From a virus (taxonomy: Duplodnaviria; Caudoviricetes), in the IMG/VR virus record IMGVR_UViG_3300049828_000234, positions 1-42,709 of that record: a stretch of 42,709 nt of DNA. One strand, given 5' to 3'. The translations under genes and the position numbers were made by a program. How positions within the stretch are numbered: the stretch's first letter is position 1; every line of letters starts with the position of its first letter. Under the pieces are notes generated by a model, which was given only the letters and a program-made list of their open reading frames with translations, made no database searches and was not told the origin of the DNA. Shown one piece after another: positions 8,550 to 17,945 of this stretch.

Positions 8550-9397
8550 CAGGCCCCCTCACGGCTGCCGATGTCCATGTACTGATCCGAATCGACACCG
8601 TAGAGGTTCATGTAGACGACGACAAAGGACGTGTCTGCATAGATGGCACGCATGCCTGGGCGCAACGTCCAGTCGATCGCGCAGCGCACGCGGATGCCAG
8701 AGTCATACACGCTGATCGAGCGCACGCCTTCAAGCACTCGGTCGAGCGCTTCTGGCGGGTTTTCGCTGGCCTGGTAGGCGTCGAAGTAGCCCGACAGCGT
8801 AGCCGTGTAGTTCGTCGGCCCTCTGTCCGTCTGGACCGTCTCAAGCGGCGAGCGGGACACTTCGTTTTCAAACGTCGAGCCGTCAGGCAACACCGCCTGC
8901 CGGCTGATGACGAACTCCGTGGCCTCGCCGATAGAGGTAAGCCATTCGGAGCAGTTCGGGACTACGCAGGTCAGGAAGCATTCGCGGTCGGTCTGCAGCG
9001 TGCCTTGCCACGAACTGACCGGAACGCGCACCAGGCCGCCGGGCGTCACCAGATCGGCGACATACCATGTGGCCGCGTTCTGCACCGCATCCGTGAAGTC
9101 GTGGAACCCGACAAAGGATGGGGCGCCGAGAGGCCCTGGCACCAAGATCCGAGCGATCGAGTCAGTCCGCGCCAGCACAGATGGAGTGCCGAGAATGCCT
9201 GGAATGCTGATCGTTGCATGCAGGCTGTGCGTTCGCACGCTAGGCGCGCCGAGAGGCCCAGGCACGGCCACATAGCCGAAGGCGTCGCCCTCGTACCATG
9301 TGGCGTCGGCTTCGTCGTTCGCGGGCAGCGTATAGGCCGCCGCACCGCTGAACGTCGCATTCGCCGCGTTGTAGGCTGGTCGAGTGTAGGCCGGCAT
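8549..9397 (-). CDS. Putative tail hub/baseplate protein with three PG(P/I)LG(A/T)PS repeats
   Basis: Position in tail operon; repeats VPGPLGAPSV, IPGILGTPSV, VPGPLGAPSF. Confidence 0.5.
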   Translation of the reverse strand: MPAYTRPAYNAANATFSGAAAYTLPANDEADATWYEGDAFGYVAVPGPLGAPSVRTHSLHATISIPGILGTPSVLARTDSIARILVPGPLGAPSFVGFHDFTDAVQNAATWYVADLVTPGGLVRVPVSSWQGTLQTDRECFLTCVVPNCSEWLTSIGEATEFVISRQAVLPDGSTFENEVSRSPLETVQTDRGPTNYTATLSGYFDAYQASENPPEALDRVLEGVRSISVYDSGIRVRCAIDWTLRPGMRAIYADTSFVVVYMNLYGVDSDQYMDIGSREGA

Positions 9398-9401
9398 CGG
9401 A

Positions 9402-9719
9402 TCAGGCCGGAATCACCCGGTCTATGATGTCGTTGTAAAGCGTGCCGCCGGAGTCATCCAGCACGATGCGCTGCACTTCCTCGTCGGGGCACGCGATGGT
9501 GTACGTGCCATCGACGCCGCTGCTGGTCACTTCGCCGACAAAGGCACCGTCCGATCGGCGGTAAACGCGCACCGTGCGCGCAACGGTTGCGCTGGTGTCG
9601 TCATAGATCACGCCGCTGATCGTCTGGTCTGTCGGCGTCACGTTCACATTGATGTTCATCACCTGGATGAAGTCGTGAGCGTTGCTGCCGTCTTGCCCCA
9701 CTGCGCCGAGGTCTGCCAT
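9402..9719 (-). CDS. Small tail-associated beta-sandwich protein
   Basis: Likely ATG 9719 (MADLGAVGQ); ISG...RTVRVYRRSDGAFVGEVTS...GTYTI. Confidence 0.55.
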   Translation of the reverse strand: MADLGAVGQDGSNAHDFIQVMNINVNVTPTDQTISGVIYDDTSATVARTVRVYRRSDGAFVGEVTSSGVDGTYTIACPDEEVQRIVLDDSGGTLYNDIIDRVIPA

Positions 9720-9721
9720 AG

Positions 9722-10651
9722 CTACCACCCGCCGTTGGTTTCGACGCAGAACCCATAGGTGCCCGTCTTGACAATGATGAAGTTCTTCCCGCTCAACGAG
9801 GCGTTGCCGCTGAACGTGTCGAAGTTGGTAAACGACGTGTAAGCATGGCCGAGCGCCCACAGGCCGGGGATGTATCCGCGCGTGGCGAGGCTGGATTCGG
9901 TCACTGCCACGCGGCTGATGTGCAATCCGCCGCTGCAGGGTTCCGGGTAGGCTGCACCGGAGACGCCAGATATGGCCTGCGCCAGCACGCCCGTCGCGCG
10001 CTTGTTCAGCGTGATGGAGCCGCCCGTCTGCGTGTAGCTGGCCGCGAGGTAGTGCCCGACCGGCGTAGTGCCGAGTAGGGGAAGCACCTGCCGCGTGGTG
10101 GTGGCGGTCGTCGATGTGGTGGAGGTATCCGTCCCGGCCGCGATGATGGCGTGATAGCCATCACCCGACAGCGCCGGCAGAAGATCACCGAATGCGAGGT
10201 TTGAATCGCCGCCGTCGAAGTTTCCGAAAACCGTCTGGTTCCCGGCAATGATCAGCATGAAGAAAGTTCCCGAGGCAATCAGAATCCACGGGCGCGCGGT
10301 GGCGCTGGCGGCGACGGACTTCCGGCAATACAGGCCAGCCGAGAACTGCGTCTCTGTCGGAAACGGGTTTGTGCCGACCAGGATGGCAGACATTGACTTG
10401 TAGCCAACGACGCGCGCCATTTGCGCGTTGGTGTCGTTCACCCAAAGCAGCGCATCCGAGCCGCTCGATGCTGCAACCTGGAATGCGGCGTAATCCGTGC
10501 CACTGCTGTAGGGCCGACTCCAGCCAGCGGCCGGCAGCGCTCCGTACCCATCCACAAGGCACGCTTTGAGCAGGGCGATGAGCTTGCCGACTTCGCCAGT
10601 CAGCACGGGCGCAGAGGCGTCTGTCGATCGGTAGATTGTCGGCGTGGCCAT
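9722..10651 (-). CDS. Putative tail fibre/structural protein
   Basis: APVLTGEVGKLIALLKACLVDGYG...GW N-terminus of the kind seen in proteobacterial phage tail-region proteins. Confidence 0.6.
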   Translation of the reverse strand: MATPTIYRSTDASAPVLTGEVGKLIALLKACLVDGYGALPAAGWSRPYSSGTDYAAFQVAASSGSDALLWVNDTNAQMARVVGYKSMSAILVGTNPFPTETQFSAGLYCRKSVAASATARPWILIASGTFFMLIIAGNQTVFGNFDGGDSNLAFGDLLPALSGDGYHAIIAAGTDTSTTSTTATTTRQVLPLLGTTPVGHYLAASYTQTGGSITLNKRATGVLAQAISGVSGAAYPEPCSGGLHISRVAVTESSLATRGYIPGLWALGHAYTSFTNFDTFSGNASLSGKNFIIVKTGTYGFCVETNGGW

Positions 10652-10654
10652 GTC

Positions 10655-11044
10655 TTACCCCATCGTCGCAGTGATGATCTCGAAAGGCGCGCCGGCCACG
10701 ATCGTCAGCGAGTTCATCACCGCATAGCCGGAGACGGCCGCGATGCCCTGCTGGACTGGCAGCGAAAGATGGACGGTATCGTCCGACTCTGTGAATTCCA
10801 CATAGGCGGCCGTGCCGCCTGCGACGGCGGATTCGTCTCTGCCGTCGAGCACGAACGTAACCTGCCCCGTCGTGCCGTTCACAGTCCCGCAGGGATCATC
10901 GAACAGCGCCTCGGCCAGAAGCACATCGGACGCATCGCGGACTTTCCACTTGGCCGCGGTGCCGGTGTCCAGCAGGTTGACGAACGTTGTATTCGCCGCG
11001 ATCTTCGCCTCGGCGCTGAAGGTGTAAACGGATGGTGCCGGCAT
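10655..11044 (-). CDS. Small beta-rich virion protein (probable paralog of 20281-20685)
   Basis: Similar length and pattern to 20281-20685: LLDTGTAAKWKV / LSTTAKLKF; DESAVAGGTA / DTNAAGNA; LTIVAG / LTIGAG. Confidence 0.55.
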   Translation of the reverse strand: MPAPSVYTFSAEAKIAANTTFVNLLDTGTAAKWKVRDASDVLLAEALFDDPCGTVNGTTGQVTFVLDGRDESAVAGGTAAYVEFTESDDTVHLSLPVQQGIAAVSGYAVMNSLTIVAGAPFEIITATMG

Positions 11045-11053
11045 GGTTGCCCC

Positions 11054-11413
11054 TTAGCTGCTGAGTTTGGAGAGCACGAGCAGGCGCAGCGACGACAGCG
11101 CCGCGCCAGGCGTAAAGGATTCGAGCGCGGCGAGGTAAACGCCGGAGCGCACCGACACCTGAACGCGCGTGTAAAGCTGCGCCATGCGCTCGACGGATTC
11201 TGAAAGCGCCAGGTCCGTCGATGGCCATTGCAACTCGAGCGTCCGGTCGGCGTGTGAAAAGCCGCCATCGTTGAGCACGGCGCCACCGTCGAGCGTGGCC
11301 ACGCGATTGACGCGCCTGCGGGTTTCGTTGCCGGCCGCGGTGCTGAATTCGAGAATCGGCAGTTCGACGTAGCCCGCGGGGTCGGCGATTTCAGAGGACA
11401 CGGCATTGAACAT
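11054..11413 (-). CDS. Putative distal tail (Dit-like) protein
   Basis: First gene after tape measure; RRVNRVATLDGGAVLNDGGFSHADRTLEL. Confidence 0.55.
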   Translation of the reverse strand: MFNAVSSEIADPAGYVELPILEFSTAAGNETRRRVNRVATLDGGAVLNDGGFSHADRTLELQWPSTDLALSESVERMAQLYTRVQVSVRSGVYLAALESFTPGAALSSLRLLVLSKLSS

Positions 11414-11415
11414 GA

Positions 11416-13380
11416 TCAGACCCCAAGCAAGAATTGCAGGCCGTCACGGTTGACCCGCGTTTGGATGGTACGCAGGATCTCCCACATGAACCCTTCCAGG
11501 TGCGGCTGTAGGCCGGCACCGTCGATCTTGATTAGGGCATCGCCGCGCTCGGCCTGCAGCGTTTGCGCGTTGAGGTTCCGAATCTGTGCTTCTATCAACT
11601 GGCGCTGCAGTTCTAACTGGCCCTTCTTGATGTCGTTTTCCTTGTTGATCTGATCTTCGATCGCCCGGATCTGGCTCCACTCCAGATTAGGATTCGCCAG
11701 GATGCTGAACAGGTCGCCCATCAGGTCGTTGGTTGACCCGATGACATCGTTGACCGACTCAAAGGCGGCCTCGATACGTTTGGTGTCCGCTTCGATCTGT
11801 GCGACGTTGATCTCGGCGCGGAACTCCATCGCCTTGATGCGCTCATTGCTGGCGAGCTTCTCAAGCTCCAGTGCCATTCGCGCGGTGGCTTCCTCCTGCT
11901 TTTTTACGTCCTCGGTCTGTTTCCTGATCTCGCTTGCCGACTCTTTAACGTAGCCGGTATTTTTCAGGAATGACTCGCTGGCCTGGTCAACCATGCGAGC
12001 CCATTGCTCCCATGTGATCTTGCCCTCGGTCGCTGCCGTGGCCAGCGTCGCCGACACGCGCTCGAGTTGATCGGCGCCGTCGATCTTCGGGATCGTGACC
12101 TTGAACGCGGCTTCGATGTCGCGCCCCGTCGCCGTCGCGGACGTGACGATCGTCTCGAATCCGCCAACGAAGTCTGCATTGATCTTCGAGGCGTTCAGGC
12201 CGAGCAGTTTGTAGGCATCTTCGACGGCCGTAATCGATGACACCGCAGTGGACTCGTAGCGCTTCAGGCGCTCCGTCTCTGCCTCGGTCTGGTTGCCTGA
12301 AAACAGGTTCTGCGATGCCTCCTGCGCGTTGCGCGATAGGCGCTCAGTCTCGGCGAGCGATTCGTTATAGTTGCCGATTGCAGATGATGCGATGTCGGCA
12401 TTCACGCGGACATTCAGCAGCGCCTGCTTGAATCCGTCGATGTCGTCACCACCGCCGGCCAGGAAGGCACGAAGCGCGGAGAACGAGCCAGAGATAACGT
12501 CGATCTCTACGGCCGTTGCCTTGGCGCCCTTGGTCAAATCGACCAGCGCTTGCGTGATGGCACTGAATAGCCCCGATTCACCGCCAGCTACCGCCAGATC
12601 CTTTAGCGAGTTGATCAGGCGGTTTAGCTCGGCGTTGAACGTGGTGACATACGTCGTGTCTCCGAATGTGCGGTTTAGTTCGTCGGCGAACTTTGGCAGG
12701 AAGTCCTCGGCTACCAGCTTGCCGGATTGCAGGAGGTTGCCGAGTTCTTCAGTCGTCACGCCCACAGCGCGGGCGGCGATCTGGAATGCACCAGGCAGAC
12801 GCTCGCCGAGTTGGCCGCGCAGTTCTTCTGCGCTTACCGTGCCCTTGCTGATGATCTGCTGAACCGCCGTCAACGCGCCATTGGTTTCTGCGGATGACTT
12901 GCCAAGCAGCGACATGGCCTTGCTGATGGCCTCGAAAATGTCGCGCGTGCCTTCACCTTCTAGTGCGGTTCCCCTCGCCGCAGCGGATAGGCTGATGAAG
13001 TTTGACGCAGCGCCCGAGACTTCAAGCCCGAGCGTGTTCGATATTGACTTGACGTATTGCAGCGCCTCAGCAGCGCCGGCCGTGCTTCCGGTGACCAGCG
13101 TCATTGACCGGCCGAAGATTTGAATTGCCTCGTTGGCGCTGATGAACTCACGGAACACCAACGACCCGGCCAGCAGGGTCATTGCGTTGGCAAGCTCATT
13201 GATGGGCTGGCTGGCATTGCCCAGGCTTTGCGCAGATCGCGCGGCCTTCTCAAGATCAGGCGCAGCGGTGCCGGCCGATGTGGATATGCCGGATAGGCTT
13301 TTCTCAATTCCGGCAATGCCAGCGCTGGCGTTGTCTACGGCCCGAAAGATGATGTCAACGGTTTTCGATACGTCAGCCAT
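11416..13380 (-). CDS. Tail tape measure protein
   Basis: 654 aa, Ala-rich and helical; QIISKGTVSAEELRGQLGERLPGAFQIAARA tape-measure motif; follows chaperone. Confidence 0.92.
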   Translation of the reverse strand: MADVSKTVDIIFRAVDNASAGIAGIEKSLSGISTSAGTAAPDLEKAARSAQSLGNASQPINELANAMTLLAGSLVFREFISANEAIQIFGRSMTLVTGSTAGAAEALQYVKSISNTLGLEVSGAASNFISLSAAARGTALEGEGTRDIFEAISKAMSLLGKSSAETNGALTAVQQIISKGTVSAEELRGQLGERLPGAFQIAARAVGVTTEELGNLLQSGKLVAEDFLPKFADELNRTFGDTTYVTTFNAELNRLINSLKDLAVAGGESGLFSAITQALVDLTKGAKATAVEIDVISGSFSALRAFLAGGGDDIDGFKQALLNVRVNADIASSAIGNYNESLAETERLSRNAQEASQNLFSGNQTEAETERLKRYESTAVSSITAVEDAYKLLGLNASKINADFVGGFETIVTSATATGRDIEAAFKVTIPKIDGADQLERVSATLATAATEGKITWEQWARMVDQASESFLKNTGYVKESASEIRKQTEDVKKQEEATARMALELEKLASNERIKAMEFRAEINVAQIEADTKRIEAAFESVNDVIGSTNDLMGDLFSILANPNLEWSQIRAIEDQINKENDIKKGQLELQRQLIEAQIRNLNAQTLQAERGDALIKIDGAGLQPHLEGFMWEILRTIQTRVNRDGLQFLLGV

Positions 13381-13562
13381 TACCGCGACTCCCGCGCCTT
13401 GCGTTCGTAGAACTCAGCCCACAAGCACAACTCATCCCCGGTGACGAACCCCTGCGGGATCACATCTGGCCGGTGCTCGTAGAGAAAGCCGCCGCGCTTT
13501 TCGATCAGGATCATGCTTGTGTAGAGTCCTGGGTCGGTGGCGAGGCGGCTTCTGGCTTTCCC
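13380..13562 (-). CDS. -1 frameshift extension of tail chaperone (gpT equivalent)
   Basis: GGGAAAG at 13562-13556. The -1 frame is open for 60 codons (GKARSRLATDPG...DELCLWAEFYERKARESR) and its TAA overlaps the tape measure ATG (TAATG). Confidence 0.85.
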   Translation of the reverse strand, partial: GKARSRLATDPGLYTSMILIEKRGGFLYEHRPDVIPQGFVTGDELCLWAEFYERKARESR

Positions 13563-13981
13563 ATGTCATAGCCCAGGCCGGTCAGTTCGCTGATCGCGTT
13601 GGTCAACTGCAGGAACTCGATCGGGAAGGCCTCGGCGAGCTTGACGGCTGCGGGAAGTTCGATCTTCGGCGACACGCTGCCGGCACAGAGCATCTCGAGG
13701 CGCTTTGCAACCTCGCCGGGCGTCTCCGTGGTCAGCCCGATAGCCTGCCTGATGGCGGCAGCCTGGTCTGCGTTGGTGACAATCGCCTTCACGATCGACT
13801 CGACGCTGTTTTGCCGCTTGCCGGCCTCCAGCGCCCGATGCAGTTCATTCGCGCTCAGGCCGCGCACTTCCCATTGAGGCGCTTCGCCTTCGTCGAAGAA
13901 ACGCGCAAGGGCCTCGACGGTTAGGGTTCGACGCCTGGGCGTGAACTTTGCCGCCTCGAATCGTTGCATGTCGAACGCCAT
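13511..13981 (-). CDS. Tail assembly chaperone (gpG equivalent)
   Basis: Between tail tube and tape measure; ends ...MGKPEAASPPTQDSTQA with a G GGA AAG slippery site. Confidence 0.85.
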   Translation of the reverse strand: MAFDMQRFEAAKFTPRRRTLTVEALARFFDEGEAPQWEVRGLSANELHRALEAGKRQNSVESIVKAIVTNADQAAAIRQAIGLTTETPGEVAKRLEMLCAGSVSPKIELPAAVKLAEAFPIEFLQLTNAISELTGLGYDMGKPEAASPPTQDSTQA

Positions 13982-13992
13982 CTAGTCGCCTT

Positions 13993-14034
13993 AGAAAAGA
14001 AGCCCGGTCAGGCGGAGATCACCACCTGCCGGGC
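13993..14034 (-). terminator. Intrinsic terminator after major tail gene
   Basis: Minus strand GCCCGGCAGGTGG-TGATCT-CCGCCTGACCGGGC followed by TTCTTTTCT. Confidence 0.7.
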
Positions 14035-14113
14035 CTAGAAGGCCCCGCGAGGGACCACAGGAGACAACTACAAATCAGCGGGTAGCCAAAACGCAGCTGC
14101 AGGGGAAGGATGG

Positions 14114-15088
14114 TCACGCAACTTCTTGTGCCGCCGAGCTTGCCGAGATCGTGCAAACGGCCTGGATCTGATCGCCGGCCGGGAACGTGCGCGAAATGCC
14201 GAGCTTGCCCTGCGTCAAGATGTAGTCCGCCGCATAGCGGTCCGGGTAGAACTTGAACCACAGGATCGCATTCTTCAGCGTCACCATCGGGTCACCGACA
14301 CCGTTCTGGAGGTAGGCCGTAAACGAACCCTGGTTCAGCGTGCTCGAGGTGCTGCCGATGGTCGTCCCGTACACCTGCGTCGAAGTGATCCTGTGCGACG
14401 TTTCCGCCGGCACGAAGTCCGAAGCCAGCGCCACGTCAGCGAACAGCGGCGAGCCATATGACGCATACACCGCCTTCGCAACCGGGCCGGTATGGATCAG
14501 CGGCAGCGCGGCCAGGAAGGTCACGCCACCCGTCCCATAGTCGATGTCATAGAGAGGGAAGTCGGCGCGCTCGGTGTGCAGGCCGATAACCTGGAAGATT
14601 TCGGCGGCAGTCAGCGGCGCGGCCACGTTTGAGATCACACGCACCTGGGCGATTTCAATGCTGCCCGTGGGGATCAGCGGCGGGCCACCAGCCGCGGCGC
14701 GAGTCTCGCTGAAGTCCGTCGTCGCGCCATCGGTGCCGGTCACCGCAGCCAAAGCGCCGGCACTTGTCACCGTGATCGAGTTGATCTTGGCAACCGCCGT
14801 GGCCGGGCGCGTAATCGTCACCGTGCCCGTGCTGACCGAGGTCACGACGCCGGCCAGGTTGCAGGTGAGCGCGGTCACGGAAACCTGATTGTTCACGGCA
14901 GTGAAAGTGCTCACTCCACCCGTTAGCAGGCCATTCGGGCGCACGACTGGCGCATAGCCTGAGCGGCCCGACCAGAGGCTTGCCGCACTGGTGTAGATGG
15001 TGTGATCGCCCGAGTCGGTCAGCGCCGACATGGCGACCGAGTTCTGGCCTGCCTCGTACTGAAGTTTTGCGTTCTCTGCGGTGGACAT
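14114..15088 (-). CDS. Major tail (tube) protein
   Basis: Immediately upstream of chaperone/TMP and followed by a terminator; Thr/Ala/Ser-rich beta protein; C-terminal WFKFYPDR...ISRTFPAGDQIQAVCTIS. Confidence 0.72.
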   Translation of the reverse strand: MSTAENAKLQYEAGQNSVAMSALTDSGDHTIYTSAASLWSGRSGYAPVVRPNGLLTGGVSTFTAVNNQVSVTALTCNLAGVVTSVSTGTVTITRPATAVAKINSITVTSAGALAAVTGTDGATTDFSETRAAAGGPPLIPTGSIEIAQVRVISNVAAPLTAAEIFQVIGLHTERADFPLYDIDYGTGGVTFLAALPLIHTGPVAKAVYASYGSPLFADVALASDFVPAETSHRITSTQVYGTTIGSTSSTLNQGSFTAYLQNGVGDPMVTLKNAILWFKFYPDRYAADYILTQGKLGISRTFPAGDQIQAVCTISASSAAQEVA

Positions 15089-15109
15089 GATGGGTTACTC
15101 CGTGCTCGG

Positions 15110-15313
15110 TTACTTGGGTGTCTTGCGCGGGCGTCCGACGGTGCGCTTGATGGCGACCGGCTCGGGTTGCTTGGCTTCTGACGTTTGTTCTCGCGTCGGT
15201 TCTGGCGGATAGAGAACGTGCCGGGATGGGTCGAAGTTTTCCAGCTTGATCCAGTGCCAGCCGCGCGGGCCGTCACGACAAACTGCAATCCTTGCCGGCG
15301 TGCTCTCGTTCAT
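15110..15313 (-). CDS. Small head-associated hypothetical protein
   Basis: ATG 15313 overlaps upstream stop; WIKLENFDPSRHVLY and C-terminal GRPRK. Confidence 0.55.
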   Translation of the reverse strand: MNESTPARIAVCRDGPRGWHWIKLENFDPSRHVLYPPEPTREQTSEAKQPEPVAIKRTVGRPRKTPK

Positions 15314-16017
15314 GCGTTGACTTGCGTCCATGCGGGCGCGGCCTGGGTCCCGCTGTTGCGGTAGATGTTCCCGTTCGTGGTGTCGAGATAGATCCCGCCC
15401 TTCACGGTTCGTCCGATGCCAGTCCCTGCGCCGCTTGTGAACGCAGTTCGCGCCATCGCGGTGACGACGCCGGAACCGTCATCCGCAACGCCGCTGTCCG
15501 CGGTATTGATCGCGGCGGTGCAAAGCCTGGACGCTGCGATCGACGCAGTGATGGCGTCCAGGACTTCGGCGGCGGTGCTTGTGATGGTTCCAGTCTCGCC
15601 AGTAGCGAGCCGCACCACGATCGCAGGCCCGGCCACCACGACAGAAAGAGCGGCGTCGTTCTGCCCAGGATCGACGTAGGTAACAGACAGCGAATTGCCG
15701 CCAGTGCCGTACTCGACGGCCGTAAACGTCAGTGCGTTGTCATCGCCTGTCGGGTTCACCGACGCGGTAGCGCGCACGGCATTGACCGGAGCGCCTGCGC
15801 CGCTCGTGATCAGGTGGTCGATGACTGTCGCATCGGCGGAAACCGTCGCGGTTCCGTCCAACACCTTAAAGGTACGGTAGAACTGAAACGGGCCAAACAC
15901 CTTGGACGAAGAAACGATCTCATGGGCCGAAGCGTCGTCAACTGGAACGACAGACGCGAGCCTGTCGCCTGCTGTGACGGTCAGCCGGTAGCCTGGCTGT
16001 AGTTCGATAACGCTCAT
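15310..16017 (-). CDS. Putative head decoration/head fibre protein
   Basis: Directly after capsid gene; C-terminal GGIYLDTTNGNIYRNSGTQAAPAW motif. Confidence 0.5.
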   Translation of the reverse strand: MSVIELQPGYRLTVTAGDRLASVVPVDDASAHEIVSSSKVFGPFQFYRTFKVLDGTATVSADATVIDHLITSGAGAPVNAVRATASVNPTGDDNALTFTAVEYGTGGNSLSVTYVDPGQNDAALSVVVAGPAIVVRLATGETGTITSTAAEVLDAITASIAASRLCTAAINTADSGVADDGSGVVTAMARTAFTSGAGTGIGRTVKGGIYLDTTNGNIYRNSGTQAAPAWTQVNA

Positions 16018-16035
16018 CTGCTGATCCTCATGTGG

Positions 16036-16057
16036 GCAGGGGCAGCGATGCCCCTGC
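16036..16057 (-). other. GC-rich hairpin downstream of capsid gene (mRNA stability/pause element)
   Basis: gcaggggca-gcga-tgcccctgc, perfect 9-bp stem, no U-tract. Confidence 0.5.
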
Positions 16058-16065
16058 GTGGTTGA

Positions 16066-17226
16066 TCAGCCCATGACGATGGCGATGCCGTCCGGTTTCC
16101 AGGCCTTCTTGCCCCATACCGCGGCCACATAGATCATGGCCTTGTTGAAGCCCTTGTAAACGCTGATCTCGAACACCAGGCCGCTGTGCGGATCTTGGAC
16201 CAGCATCACATCGACAGCCGCGTCGCCGCCGGCCGGCTTCGCAGGTGCGCGCATCGCCAGTTCGACCGCCGCTTGGTGCAGCATCACGTTGGCCGTGTAG
16301 CTGTTGCCGATCGTGATCTCGTTGGCGTCAACGCCTGCGATCTTCAGACCGGGCGAGCCGATCACGATGTCGCCGCTCACTGCCGTCAGTCCGGTGTTGA
16401 CCACGTAAGCATTGACCGAATCTCCAGCATGCGTGATCACGTCGCCGGCCTTGATGCCGGTCACGTTCACCGTGCCGCCTTCCAGGCTCAGGGTGGTTTC
16501 GCCCGCAGATTCGCCCGCGCCGATGAAGTCATAGCCGGTGCCAGCGCCCTTGGTGTGCGACTGGACCTGTGCGGATTCCTTCAGCATCGCGCCCATGACG
16601 TCGATCAGCGTGCCTTGGCGCAGGAGCCGTGTGTCGCCCGACTCATTGACCTTCTGCAGCTGCGTCAGCTTGCGCATCTTGGCGCCGGCCAGCGAATCCA
16701 TGATCAGCGACAGACGACCATCGGTGACCGGCATGCCGTTGTCGAACAGGATCTTCCGCGCATCGACCACCAGGTCGAGATTCGACGCGAACGGCGTGGT
16801 GCCGGCAGTGCCGACCGCGCGGCTGGCGTTCTGGTAGGCCTCGGTTGCCAGATCGACTTCGATCTCGTTGCAGATGGCGCGCATCGCCTGGGCGATCTGG
16901 TCGCCGTAGATGGTTTCATAGCCCGCGCCGCCGTTGACGTAGCGGATGTCCTCGCCAGTCCACGGGATCGCAACGCCGCGCTGCTTGGTCAGCGTCATCG
17001 TCTTGTTGTCCACCGTCTGATCGGTGCCTTCCGGGATGGTCATCGCCGGCACAAGGTTGCCCACGGTGGCGGCACGGGTGAAGTGCGAGCGAACCGTCTG
17101 GCCGACTGCGACGCGCTCGACGCCGGAGTTGATCGTCACGGACGGGATGAAGCCGACAGCTTCGCGCGCCACGATGTCAGCGGCGCGGTAGATGTCTGCG
17201 GCCAGGTTGGACAGAACGTTTGCCAT
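16066..17226 (-). CDS. Major capsid protein (P22 coat/gp5-like family)
   Basis: 386 aa after scaffold; MANVLSNLAADIYRAADIVAREAVGFIPSV...WGKKAWKPDGIAIVMG; GAGGT RBS. Confidence 0.88.
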   Translation of the reverse strand: MANVLSNLAADIYRAADIVAREAVGFIPSVTINSGVERVAVGQTVRSHFTRAATVGNLVPAMTIPEGTDQTVDNKTMTLTKQRGVAIPWTGEDIRYVNGGAGYETIYGDQIAQAMRAICNEIEVDLATEAYQNASRAVGTAGTTPFASNLDLVVDARKILFDNGMPVTDGRLSLIMDSLAGAKMRKLTQLQKVNESGDTRLLRQGTLIDVMGAMLKESAQVQSHTKGAGTGYDFIGAGESAGETTLSLEGGTVNVTGIKAGDVITHAGDSVNAYVVNTGLTAVSGDIVIGSPGLKIAGVDANEITIGNSYTANVMLHQAAVELAMRAPAKPAGGDAAVDVMLVQDPHSGLVFEISVYKGFNKAMIYVAAVWGKKAWKPDGIAIVMG

Positions 17227-17261
17227 GATTCTTTACCTCGGGTTTTCGGTGTGTGTTGGTT

Positions 17262-17945
17262 TCAATCCTCGACTTTCCCGCCCGCCTTCGAGAAGGACAT
17301 CCGCGTTGCCTGATCGGCAGCGTCGAACTCGGCTCGGGTCATCGTCTTTGCACCTGCAGCGGCACCGCCTCCCGCGTTGCTCTGTCTCACCCCCGCGCCT
17401 CCCGCGCCGGTGGGCTTGAGCAAACCGGGGCGCGTCTTGGCGATCCCGGCCACTCCATCCGCGACCGGCAATAGCTTGCCGTCCTCGGACTTGTAGAACA
17501 GGTCGTCCCCCTCGAACGTCAGCCGTTGGGCGACGAACGATTCGACAACCTCCCTATCGACAAACTCATGCTTGCCGATCGCCTCTGCGACGGCGGCCCG
17601 CTTGAGCGAGTCGCGCCACTTCGTCTCGACCGTGGTCGCCTTTTCGATCGCCTCGGTCCTTTCACGCTCCAGGCGCTTTAGCTTCGTCTCGTACTGCTTC
17701 GCGGCCTCTGCCATGCCCTTTGCATCTGGCAGCGCCTCGATCTCGTCGAGCGAATCAACGCCTAGCTTTTCCAGGAGTTTCGATTGCGCCGTTTCCAGTG
17801 CCGTCAACTTCTCCCGCATTCCCTTGCGACCGTTGATCGACTCATTGCGGGCCGCATCGCGCTGGCCTTGCAGATCCTCGACAAACGTCTTGAGCGCCGA
17901 GAACTTCTCGTCCCCGATCGCTTCCTTCAATCCTTCGATGTCCAT
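17262..17945 (-). CDS. Capsid scaffolding protein
   Basis: Charged coiled coil; Gly-rich linker GAGGAG; C-terminal KTMTRAEFDA...GGKVED; directly upstream of capsid gene. Confidence 0.8.
   Translation of the reverse strand: MDIEGLKEAIGDEKFSALKTFVEDLQGQRDAARNESINGRKGMREKLTALETAQSKLLEKLGVDSLDEIEALPDAKGMAEAAKQYETKLKRLERERTEAIEKATTVETKWRDSLKRAAVAEAIGKHEFVDREVVESFVAQRLTFEGDDLFYKSEDGKLLPVADGVAGIAKTRPGLLKPTGAGGAGVRQSNAGGGAAAGAKTMTRAEFDAADQATRMSFSKAGGKVED

Noticed and set aside
15310-16017. Contractile tail sheath (myovirus)
   Set aside because: Only a short sheath-like accessory segment in a 235-aa protein; no full sheath or baseplate wedge genes.
16186-17313. Long antisense ORFs (also 928-1824, 10421-11203, 21573-22574)
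   Set aside because: Shadows of high-GC codon usage opposite well-supported genes, with no motifs or RBS.
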